A stretch of 37,896 nt of DNA from Actinobacteria bacterium ADurb.Bin346 (GTDB lineage Bacteria > Actinomycetota > Humimicrobiia > Humimicrobiales > Humimicrobiaceae): NCBI GenBank assembly GCA_002068775.1, contig MWAX01000158.1, forward strand, positions 1-37,896, read 5' to 3'. The stretch's first letter is position 1; each line of letters begins with the position of its first letter. Both the position numbers and the translations under genes were made by a program. Under the pieces are notes generated by a model, which was not told the origin of the DNA, searched no databases, and saw only the letters and a program-made list of their open reading frames with translations. Positions 8,444 to 15,675 of the stretch are shown piece by piece.

Positions 8444-10330
8444 CTACTTAAATTTAAACAACCTCAGCCCATTGATTACAACAAATATTGTAAGGCCGAC
8501 ATCTGCTATTATAGCCAGGGATAAATTGCTGATACCGAGCAAAGCTAAAACCATGAAAATGAATTTAACAATTATGGCAGAAATTATATTGAACTTTATA
8601 ACATTATTGCTTTTTTTACCCAGTCTTATTGTAAATAGTATATTTAATAAATTGTCATTCATTAAAGCTATGTCAGAATTTTCTATTGCGATATCAGAGC
8701 CGACTGCACCCATGGAGATGCCGACAGAAGCTGTGGTCAGTGCCGGAGCATCGTTAACACCATCTCCAAGCATGGCAACATAGCCATACTCTTTCTTGAG
8801 ATCGTCAATCTCTTCAACTTTATTTTGAGGCAATAGCCCCGCTTTAACTTTTTCTATCCCTAAGTGAGATGCAATGAATTCTGCAGAGGCTTTATTGTCT
8901 CCGGTTAAGATCACTGGTGTGATTCCTGAATTTTTAATAGATTCGATTAACTGTTTTGATTCTTTTCTTATTTTGTCTGTTATTGTAATTATACCTGAAA
9001 CAGAATTATTTTCACTTAACAAAATCACGGTTTTCCCCTGTTTTTCAAATTCATTAACCATTTTTATAATTTCTTCATTCAGTTTAATATTTAACTGCTC
9101 TTTAATAAAACTTAAATTTCCAAGAATATCCTTGTGCTCACATACTGTGCAGGTTCCGGTGACGCCTTTGCCGGTAACAGATTTAAAGTCTGAAAAGTCA
9201 TGGACTTTAATTCCTTCTTCGGCAGCTTTATTTAAAATGCTTTTTGCTATAGGATGCTCTGAAAAGGACTCAAGTCCTGCAGCGCACGCAAGTACATCCT
9301 GTCTGCTGTAGCCATTAAAAGTAACAATATCTGCTACTATGGGCTCACCTTTAGTAAGAGTTTTGGTCTTATCAAGGGCAATTGCTTTTATCTTTCCCAT
9401 ATCCTCAAGATACTTTCCCCCTTTTATGAGCACGCCGTTTCTGGTTGCATTTCCGATGGCGGAAAATATCGTAACAGGTGTAGATATTACAAGTGCACAC
9501 GGACACGATATTATAAGAAGGGTAAGTGCCTGGGTAAACCAGTAATTAAACTGGCCTCTAAAGGCAAATACCGGAATAATTACAAGAAGAATCGCAATGC
9601 AAAGGACAGTTGGCGTATAATATTTTGCGAATTTTTCAATAAATTTCTGCGAAGATGTTTTTTTCTCGGCAGCTTTATATGTCAGTTCAATGATCTTTGA
9701 AAGTGTAGCATCTCTGGCTTTTTTTGTTACTTCTATTTCAAGATACCCGGTCCCGTTTTGTGTGCCCGAATAAACAGGGCTGTTTAAAAATTTGCTTTTT
9801 GGAACAGGTTCCCCTGTTATTGTGGACTCATCGACAATAGAGCTTCCATAAGTTACAATCCCATCCATAGGTATTATATCGCCGGGTTTTATTATGACAG
9901 TGTCGCCGATACCAATATTTTCAATTGGAACATTTTCATTTCTGCCTTTCAGTGCTGCTGTCTTTGATGATTTTTCCACCAGTGTTTTTAAGGAATCCTG
10001 GCTTCTTTTTATTCCGAATTCTTCCAGGTTTTCACTGATTGAAAACAATATTACAATAATTACTGCTTCCTCAAACTGCCTTAAGTAAAAAGCGCCTGCT
10101 ATTGCAACAGTCATAAGCAGGTTGATATTTGAAAATTTTAACTTTATTAAGCTCTTTAAGCCGCTGTAAAAAATCTTATAGCCTATGACGCCTGTCATAA
10201 GTAAAAATATAGGAAGCTCTATCCAAAAAAACAGGTGTTTATCAAAATAGGAAAGCACGAGAAAGGGAAGAATGACGATCAGAGAAATAATCAGCCAGAT
10301 AAATTTTTTATTTTTTAATAATTCTTTCAT
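8444..10330 (-). CDS. P1B-type heavy-metal ATPase, CPC-motif (Cd/Zn/Co-like), no N-terminal metal-binding domain, atypical DKTKT phosphorylation motif
   Basis: 628 aa with TGEP, SCPCALVISTP, SEHP, TGDN and GDGVNDAP. The aspartyl-phosphate motif reads LDKTKTLT, with the Lys codon AAA at 9362-9364. Confidence 0.85.
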   Translation of the reverse strand: MKELLKNKKFIWLIISLIVILPFLVLSYFDKHLFFWIELPIFLLMTGVIGYKIFYSGLKSLIKLKFSNINLLMTVAIAGAFYLRQFEEAVIIVILFSISENLEEFGIKRSQDSLKTLVEKSSKTAALKGRNENVPIENIGIGDTVIIKPGDIIPMDGIVTYGSSIVDESTITGEPVPKSKFLNSPVYSGTQNGTGYLEIEVTKKARDATLSKIIELTYKAAEKKTSSQKFIEKFAKYYTPTVLCIAILLVIIPVFAFRGQFNYWFTQALTLLIISCPCALVISTPVTIFSAIGNATRNGVLIKGGKYLEDMGKIKAIALDKTKTLTKGEPIVADIVTFNGYSRQDVLACAAGLESFSEHPIAKSILNKAAEEGIKVHDFSDFKSVTGKGVTGTCTVCEHKDILGNLSFIKEQLNIKLNEEIIKMVNEFEKQGKTVILLSENNSVSGIITITDKIRKESKQLIESIKNSGITPVILTGDNKASAEFIASHLGIEKVKAGLLPQNKVEEIDDLKKEYGYVAMLGDGVNDAPALTTASVGISMGAVGSDIAIENSDIALMNDNLLNILFTIRLGKKSNNVIKFNIISAIIVKFIFMVLALLGISNLSLAIIADVGLTIFVVINGLRLFKFK

Positions 10331-10374
10331 TGGCGCCTTTAAAGTTTACAATATCTGAATTCTTTTTTTATTGT

Positions 10375-10398
10375 TTTATATTTGCAGGATTATTGCAA
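10375..10398 (-). promoter_or_regulatory. candidate operator/promoter of the ATPase operon
   Basis: Inverted repeat TTGCA-N7-TGCAA (10382-10398) abuts a minus-sense TATAAA (10380-10375), about 45 nt upstream of the 10330 start. Pattern only. Confidence 0.3.
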
Positions 10399-10433
10399 GA
10401 ATTTATATTAATTTAAACCCCTGGCACATGACT

Positions 10434-10551
10434 ATGTGTGCAGCGACAGGCTTGCGGGGCTTAGATGTGCAGGAGCCATGTGCGCAGAGAGTTTAGATGT
10501 GCAGTTTGTCGTGTGTACAGTGCCATACGCGCAGAGGCCATGTGTGCAGGA
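10434..10551. repeat. degenerate tandem array of an RTRYGYRCAG motif (7 copies), locally GC-rich
   Basis: Copies start at 10434, 10465, 10478, 10497, 10511, 10525 and 10540. TTAGATGTGCAG occurs twice (10461, 10493). GCCATRYGYGCAGRG occurs three times (10475, 10522, 10537), the last two directly adjacent. Confidence 0.8.
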
Positions 10552-10562
10552 TTCGGAAATGT

Positions 10563-10673
10563 TTAATTAAATTGGTATTGAACAGGTATTGAATGTGTAT
10601 TAATTAAATGGATACTGAATGGCTATTGCATGGGTATTAATTAAATGGATATTTAATGGATACTGAATGGATA
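10563..10673. repeat. 3 x 37-bp head-to-tail tandem repeat, each unit starting with TTAATTAA
   Basis: Units span 10563-10599, 10600-10636 and 10637-10673. Hand alignment gives 29/37 and 31/37 identities between neighbours. Each unit is built from TGGATAYTGAA-like sub-repeats of about 11 nt. Confidence 0.85.
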
Positions 10674-10677
10674 ATTT

Positions 10678-11472
10678 TTAAGATAAAAGCATCTCGTTGT
10701 CTGCAAGTTCTTCACCGCTTACATCACCAAATCGTATTAACAGATCTTCAACTGTTAACTTACGTTTTTCATCATCCTGAATATCCAGAATGATCTGTCC
10801 TTCATGCATCATGAGTAGTCTGTTGCCATATTTTATAGCATCACGCATATTATGTGTTACCATTAGTGTAGTAAGATTATTTTCTTTAATAATTTTATCA
10901 CTTAGCCTGAGCACATTTTGTGCTGTTTTTGGATCAAGAGCAGCTGTGTGTTCATCCAGCAGCAGAAGTTTTGGTTTTTTTAATGTAGCCATTAAAAGCG
11001 TCAGGGCCTGCCTCTGGCCGCCCGAAAGCAGCCCTACTTTAGTGCCCAGGCGGTTTTCAAGGCCTAAGCTTAAAATTCTGAGCTGCTCTTTGTACAGCTC
11101 ACGCTCTTTATTGCTTATTCCCCATGAGAGGCCGCGACGCTGGCCCCGTCTTAAAGCCAATGCCAGGTTTTCTTCAATCCCCATATTGGCAGCCGTGCCC
11201 ATTATCGGGTCCTGAAACACCCTGCCCAGCACCACAGAACGTTTATATTCAGCAAGGTTCGTTATATCCATACCGTCAATTATAACAGAGCCTGCGTTTA
11301 CCGGATAAACGCCTGCTATGCAATTTAACAAAGTTGATTTGCCGGAACCATTACCGCCAATTAAAGTGACAAAATCGCCTTTTTGGAGTTTAAAGGTTAT
11401 ATTATATATAGCAATTTTTTCATTGACAGTTCTCGGATTGAATATTTTTGTAACTTTTTTTACATCAAGCAC
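10678..11472 (-). CDS. ABC transporter ATP-binding protein (COG1101-type)
   Basis: Walker A GGNGSGKST, signature LSGGQRQ and Walker B LLLLDEHTAALD. Abuts the permease gene. Confidence 0.9.
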   Translation of the reverse strand: MLDVKKVTKIFNPRTVNEKIAIYNITFKLQKGDFVTLIGGNGSGKSTLLNCIAGVYPVNAGSVIIDGMDITNLAEYKRSVVLGRVFQDPIMGTAANMGIEENLALALRRGQRRGLSWGISNKERELYKEQLRILSLGLENRLGTKVGLLSGGQRQALTLLMATLKKPKLLLLDEHTAALDPKTAQNVLRLSDKIIKENNLTTLMVTHNMRDAIKYGNRLLMMHEGQIILDIQDDEKRKLTVEDLLIRFGDVSGEELADNEMLLS

Positions 11473-12366
11473 TTATTCACCCTTCTTTAAGGATTTTTTC
11501 AGGGTAATAAAATAAGAACGAAATACCGGCAATGAAAGAGCGATGGCCACTGTTATTGCAGTAAAAAGTTTCAAATCATTGGCCGGCATACCAAGTTTTA
11601 AGACAAGGGCAATAATAACCCTGTATGTAATGGCTCCCAGCATAAGTGAAATCAGCCTGCTGTAAAAATTTCTTTTACCAAAAAGCACCTCACCAATAAT
11701 AACTGATGCAAGGCCTATTACTATTGCGCCAATACCCATCTGTATATCAGCAAAGCTTTGGCTTTGTGCAATAAGGGCGCCCCCTATTGATACCAGTCCA
11801 TTGCTTATCATCAAGCCCAGTATAATAGTGTTATTTGTATTTATGCCCTGGGCGCGAGCCATCTGCGGATTATCGCCAGTCGCTCTTATGGCGCAGCCTA
11901 TTTCCGTTCCAAAAAACCAGTATAAAATACCTGTTAAGCTCAAAACAAATGTCAGCCCTATTACAATAACAGACATTGTATGGTCCAGTCCAAGATTTTC
12001 AAAAAAAGTATATACTGTGTTTACGCGCAGAAGGGAGATGTTTGCCCTGCCCATTATCCGCAGATTAATTGAATAAAGACCTATTAAAGTCAAGATCCCT
12101 GCCAGCAGTGATGGTATCTTAAGCTTTGTGTGAAGCAGTCCCGTTATAAGCCCCGCGACAAGGCCGCCTAAAAATGCAAGCCCTATTGCCAGGTATGGAT
12201 TTATTCCCCTTGTAATAGCAACAGCTGCAATAGCAGCACCTGTAACTATACTGCCCTCGACAGTCAGGTCAGCAATAGATAAAATACGATATGTAAGATA
12301 CACGCCTATTGTAACAATTGCCCACAGCAATCCAAGCGACAATGCACCCGATAATATCTGTAACAT
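11473..12366 (-). CDS. ABC transporter permease (COG4120-type)
   Basis: 297-aa polytopic membrane protein. Lies between the binding-protein and ATPase genes. Confidence 0.85.
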   Translation of the reverse strand: MLQILSGALSLGLLWAIVTIGVYLTYRILSIADLTVEGSIVTGAAIAAVAITRGINPYLAIGLAFLGGLVAGLITGLLHTKLKIPSLLAGILTLIGLYSINLRIMGRANISLLRVNTVYTFFENLGLDHTMSVIVIGLTFVLSLTGILYWFFGTEIGCAIRATGDNPQMARAQGINTNNTIILGLMISNGLVSIGGALIAQSQSFADIQMGIGAIVIGLASVIIGEVLFGKRNFYSRLISLMLGAITYRVIIALVLKLGMPANDLKLFTAITVAIALSLPVFRSYFITLKKSLKKGE

Positions 12367-12471
12367 ATACTTTTAACCTTTTTAAATATTCAATGCGGGT
12401 AAAAGTTTGGCAAATCAAATATTAATATTATTTCACAGCTCAAACACAGCACAAAATTACTGCTTAAAAAA

Positions 12472-13443
12472 TTACTGCTCGATAATATACTCTTTAAGGT
12501 CTTCAGGTATCTTAAGGCCAATCTCTTTAGCAACAGTCCCATTGATAGCAAAATCAAAACCATCTGCTGATTCGATTGGCATGGTAGCTGTTTTGGCTTC
12601 GCCCCTTAATATTTTTAATGCCATCAGCCCGGTCTTATAACCCAGGTCATAATAATTGATACCCAGTGTAGCTAATCCGCCATTTTTAACCATTCCGGAT
12701 TCACCGCAGATAACAGGTGTTTTGGATTGCAAGGCGACACCGTGAATAACAGGAATTGAAGAAGCCAGCACATTATCAGTTGGAAGATAAAGCGCATCGC
12801 ACTTCTGCACTATTGTCTGGGTTGCCTGCTGCACATCATTTGAATTAGTTATAGTAACTTCCGTATAAGTAAGGCCAAGCGCTTCTATTGCTTCCTTTGC
12901 GATTTTCGCCTGCACAATGGAGTTATCTTCACTTGAAGTATATATTACACCTACAGTTTTAGCGTCCGGCACAAGTTTAACCAGCAGGTCTATCTGTTCC
13001 TTTATTGGATTCATATCTGTTGTGCCGCTTACATTCCCGCCGGGTACTTCATTGGAATCCACGAGTTTAGCTGCCACATAATCCGTGATTGCTGTCCCCA
13101 GTATAGGGATATCTTTTGTCTTGCCGGCTATTGCCTGCGCTGCAGGAGTAGCAATTGCAAGCACGAGATCCACCTTATTGCTCACAAAGCGGTCGCTGAT
13201 GGTGGAAAGATTGCTTTGATCAGCCTGGGCATTTTGCGCATCAATTGTTAAGTTTTTACCATCAACAAAACCATTGTCTGCAAGCGCCTTGACAAAACCT
13301 TCTCTTGCTGAATCGAGCGCCACATGTTCAACATATTGTATTATGCCTATGGTAGGGCTTTTTGCAGAAGTATTACTGCTGCATCCAATTAACCCCAGCA
13401 ATATGGTTGTTATTATTACTGTCAACAATATCGCTTTCTTCAT
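12472..13443 (-). CDS. ABC transporter substrate-binding lipoprotein (COG2984 / ABC_sub_bind family)
   Basis: Signal peptide with lipobox LIGC, then IGIIQYVEHVALD...PILGTAITD, typical of this family. The substrate cannot be assigned from sequence alone. Confidence 0.8.
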   Translation of the reverse strand: MKKAILLTVIITTILLGLIGCSSNTSAKSPTIGIIQYVEHVALDSAREGFVKALADNGFVDGKNLTIDAQNAQADQSNLSTISDRFVSNKVDLVLAIATPAAQAIAGKTKDIPILGTAITDYVAAKLVDSNEVPGGNVSGTTDMNPIKEQIDLLVKLVPDAKTVGVIYTSSEDNSIVQAKIAKEAIEALGLTYTEVTITNSNDVQQATQTIVQKCDALYLPTDNVLASSIPVIHGVALQSKTPVICGESGMVKNGGLATLGINYYDLGYKTGLMALKILRGEAKTATMPIESADGFDFAINGTVAKEIGLKIPEDLKEYIIEQ

Positions 13444-13490
13444 TTCTTTTCCCCTTATTATTGTTTGATATTACAAATTGTTTTTTTTAT

Positions 13491-13518
13491 ATTATAGTCA
13501 AAAATTTTTTTTAGTGAA
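13491..13518 (-). promoter_or_regulatory. candidate promoter of the ABC importer operon
   Basis: In minus sense, TTCACT (13518-13513), a 16-nt spacer, then TATAAT (13496-13491). The SD AAGGGGA precedes the 13443 start. Confidence 0.35.
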
Positions 13519-13664
13519 TAATTAATATTAAATCCTGCGTCACAAAATCCTGCATTGTTTACACAGTTTAGCCATTCTCATTTAATTAATTATCGTAATC
13601 CTGCCCAAAGAATCATTATTTCTGGAGGTTTTAGAAAAATTATCCTGTGGTCTTATTTTTATTT

Positions 13665-14519
13665 TCATAACATATCGTCAATTTTTACAATCTCATAGCC
13701 CTTAGCTCTCAGCCCTGTAATAATTTCCGGCAGAGCATCTACCGTATTGTAACCTCCAATATGCATCAGGATAATGCCGCCATCAGAAGCATTGTCCAGC
13801 ACCCGCTTTATAATATAGCTTTTTGTTATTTTAATTCCATTTAACTCTTCCGCCCAATCATGACTATCCACAGACCACATTACAGTGTAAGAATAACCTT
13901 CTGCCTTTAAAATCATCAGTATCCTGTCATCATACTCTCCATAAGGTGGTCTGAAAAGCATGGGCAGGTAACCTGTTTTTTGCAGGATCATATCTGTTGC
14001 TCCGCGTATTTCATTTACAACTTCATCATCTGTCATTTCAGTCATATGGCCATGATTTAATGAATGATTTTCAAGGTCGTGCCCCCTTGTGACAATTTCC
14101 CTTGCAAGCTCGGCATGATCACTTACCCACATACCTCTTGTAAAAAATGTCGATTTGACATCATATTCATCAAGAATGTCAAGCAGGGCTTCTGTATTTT
14201 CAAATTCCCACCCTGAATCAAAAGTCAGTGCAATTTTATTTAAGCCGCGGCTTGCGCCGGACCATATCACTGTCGAAATATCTTCAGACGTTTCTATATA
14301 TTTTTCGTTTGAGCCGGCAGTGACAGTCGCTGCTGACTCTGCGCTTTCTGTTTCACTGCTCAGGCTGGCAGTTTCTTTCATTGCGCTTTCAGCCGTATTT
14401 GATGATATGGTCTCAGGGCTTAAAACAACTCCGCATGAATTGCAGACTGCGGCAATCCCAAAAATAATAGCCAGCATTAAAACAGGAATTAAAATAAAAA
14501 TTTTTTTTATTTTTCTCAT
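13665..14519 (-). CDS. polysaccharide deacetylase (NodB homology domain), membrane-anchored or secreted
   Basis: N-terminal TM/signal segment and a Ser/Thr-rich linker, followed by the NodB motifs ALTFDSGWE, HSLNHGHM and FRPPYGEYD. Confidence 0.85.
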   Translation of the reverse strand: MRKIKKIFILIPVLMLAIIFGIAAVCNSCGVVLSPETISSNTAESAMKETASLSSETESAESAATVTAGSNEKYIETSEDISTVIWSGASRGLNKIALTFDSGWEFENTEALLDILDEYDVKSTFFTRGMWVSDHAELAREIVTRGHDLENHSLNHGHMTEMTDDEVVNEIRGATDMILQKTGYLPMLFRPPYGEYDDRILMILKAEGYSYTVMWSVDSHDWAEELNGIKITKSYIIKRVLDNASDGGIILMHIGGYNTVDALPEIITGLRAKGYEIVKIDDML

Positions 14520-14612
14520 CTTGAAGTGCAGATATAGGGACTTGATATCATATCCTTGGCGGGAGGCGGCAGCAGCCTGACTTTTTAATAAAAAAATGGT
14601 TCGTGCTTACCA

Positions 14613-14964
14613 TGGTGGAGGCGGCGGGAATTGAACCCGCGTCCGAAAATATTGCCACAAGGACTTCTACAAGCTTAGTCCATATTCAGTTTTCGCTTTT
14701 TACAACCATATGGACAGGGTTGTAAAAAACTATGCTGTTTAGGTTTCCCTTACTGCAGTTACAGCCGGGCTGCAATAAAGTATCCTGCTATCGGCGCCTG
14801 TCAAAAAGTGCAGGAAACTTTTTGCAGACGTAGCAGCTTAGTTTATTAGGCTGCTAAAGCTAACTCTGAATCATTAGCATTTATGTTTAGCCCAGTTTTT
14901 ACAAGTTCTGGAACTTGACTTGCCATCCAAGCTCAACCTATTCCCGTCGAAACCTGTCGCCCCC
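14613..14964 (-). ncRNA. ssrA: tmRNA (transfer-messenger RNA)
   Basis: In minus sense the 5' end is GGGGGCGACAGGTTTCGACGGGAATAGG and the 3' end is GGACGCGGGTTCAATTCCCGCCGCCTCCACCA. The tag reading frame GCT AAT GAT TCA GAG TTA GCT TTA GCA GCC TAA TAA (14878-14843) encodes ANDSELALAA. smpB is adjacent. Confidence 0.95.
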
Positions 14965-15031
14965 TAAAAAGGTTCGCAGCTTTCTTCAAAGGCGATTATA
15001 TTATACTATTAATTTAAAAAAAGAAAATATG

Positions 15032-15105
15032 CGTGTACTTTTTTAAATGACGCAACAGGCATGCTTTAGTGTACATTTTTAAAGGCATCGCGCAGGCGCA
15101 GGCAT
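15032..15105. repeat. two tandem related units of 31 and 37 nt upstream of ssrA; one contains a 27-nt element also found at 4322-4348
   Basis: On the plus strand, GTGTACTTTTTTTAAATGACGCAACAGGCAT (15032-15062) and GTGTACATTTTTAAAGGCATCGCGCAGGCGCAGGCAT (15069-15105). Confidence 0.7.
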
Positions 15106-15173
15106 CTCCGTTTATATTTTATCCCGAAATATCAGATGCTTACGTTTATCGTTTATATTTTTAGATTTTGTTT

Positions 15174-15662
15174 TCACCTTCTGTACTGTTTATTCTTGTT
15201 TTTTAAAGCCCGCCTGATTTCAAGCTCTGATTCCTTTTTTTCTATATCCTGCCTTTTATCACTTTTTAGCTTGCCTTTAGCAGTTGCCAATTCTATTTTT
15301 ACCAGTCCTCTTTCAATATATACAGAAATCGGCACTAGGGTGATACTTTTATCTTTAAGTTTTGAAATAATCCTGTTTATTTCTCTTCTGTGAAGAAGGA
15401 GCTTTCTTACCCTGGTGGGATTTATGTCTTCTGTCCTGCTGTTTACATATGGAGAGATATGCATATTAAATACTAAAACTTCTCCATTTTTTATTCTTGC
15501 AAAACTGTCCTTGAGGTTTACCTTGTGTTCACGTATTGATTTTACTTCACATCCGGCAAGTGCTATTCCGGCTTCATATTTATCAAAAATAAAAAAATCT
15601 TTGAAGGCTTTTTTATTCTGGGAGACCAGTACTTTTTCCTGTTTTTTTTTACTTTCTGCCAT
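15174..15662 (-). CDS. smpB: SsrA-binding protein SmpB
   Basis: 162 aa. NKKAFKDFFIFDKYEAGIALAGCEVKSIR and the basic C-terminal tail are typical of SmpB. Adjacent to ssrA. Confidence 0.95.
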   Translation of the reverse strand: MAESKKKQEKVLVSQNKKAFKDFFIFDKYEAGIALAGCEVKSIREHKVNLKDSFARIKNGEVLVFNMHISPYVNSRTEDINPTRVRKLLLHRREINRIISKLKDKSITLVPISVYIERGLVKIELATAKGKLKSDKRQDIEKKESELEIRRALKNKNKQYRR

Positions 15663-15675
15663 CTGCTTTTCCTGC

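Noticed and set aside
10497-10592. 31-aa Cys/His-rich micro-ORF (MCSLSCVQCHTRRGHVCRIRKCLIKLVLNRY) next to the metal ATPases, tempting as a metal-binding peptide
   Set aside because: The Cys codons are a by-product of the repeated ATGTGCAG/TGTGCAG motif. There is no convincing SD, the ORF runs from one repeat type into the other, and it lies on the strand opposite to all neighbouring genes. It would only be worth revisiting if ribosome profiling shows translation.
10563-10673. 37-bp periodicity reminiscent of CRISPR repeat length
   Set aside because: The units are contiguous with no unique spacers, they are degenerate, there are only three, and no cas genes or leader are present. This is a plain tandem repeat, not a CRISPR array.
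12448-12475. Direct duplication AAAATTACTGCT x2 at the 3' end of the binding-protein gene
   Set aside because: This is a small local duplication spanning the stop codon, with no further structure or partner. It is most simply explained as replication slippage.
13444-13664. Possible T-box or other riboswitch leader upstream of the ABC importer
   Set aside because: The minus-sense leader lacks the conserved T-box sequence (AGGGUGGNACCGCG-like) and any terminator/antiterminator pair. With the candidate promoter at 13491-13518, the predicted 5' UTR is only about 45 nt.
14562-14570. GGAGGCGGC just downstream of ssrA echoes the tmRNA 3' end (14617-14625), a possible att-site duplication
   Set aside because: It is only 9 nt, lies 47 nt from the gene rather than at the end of an island, and GC-rich runs like this are common in stems. 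It is not enough to call an attachment site.
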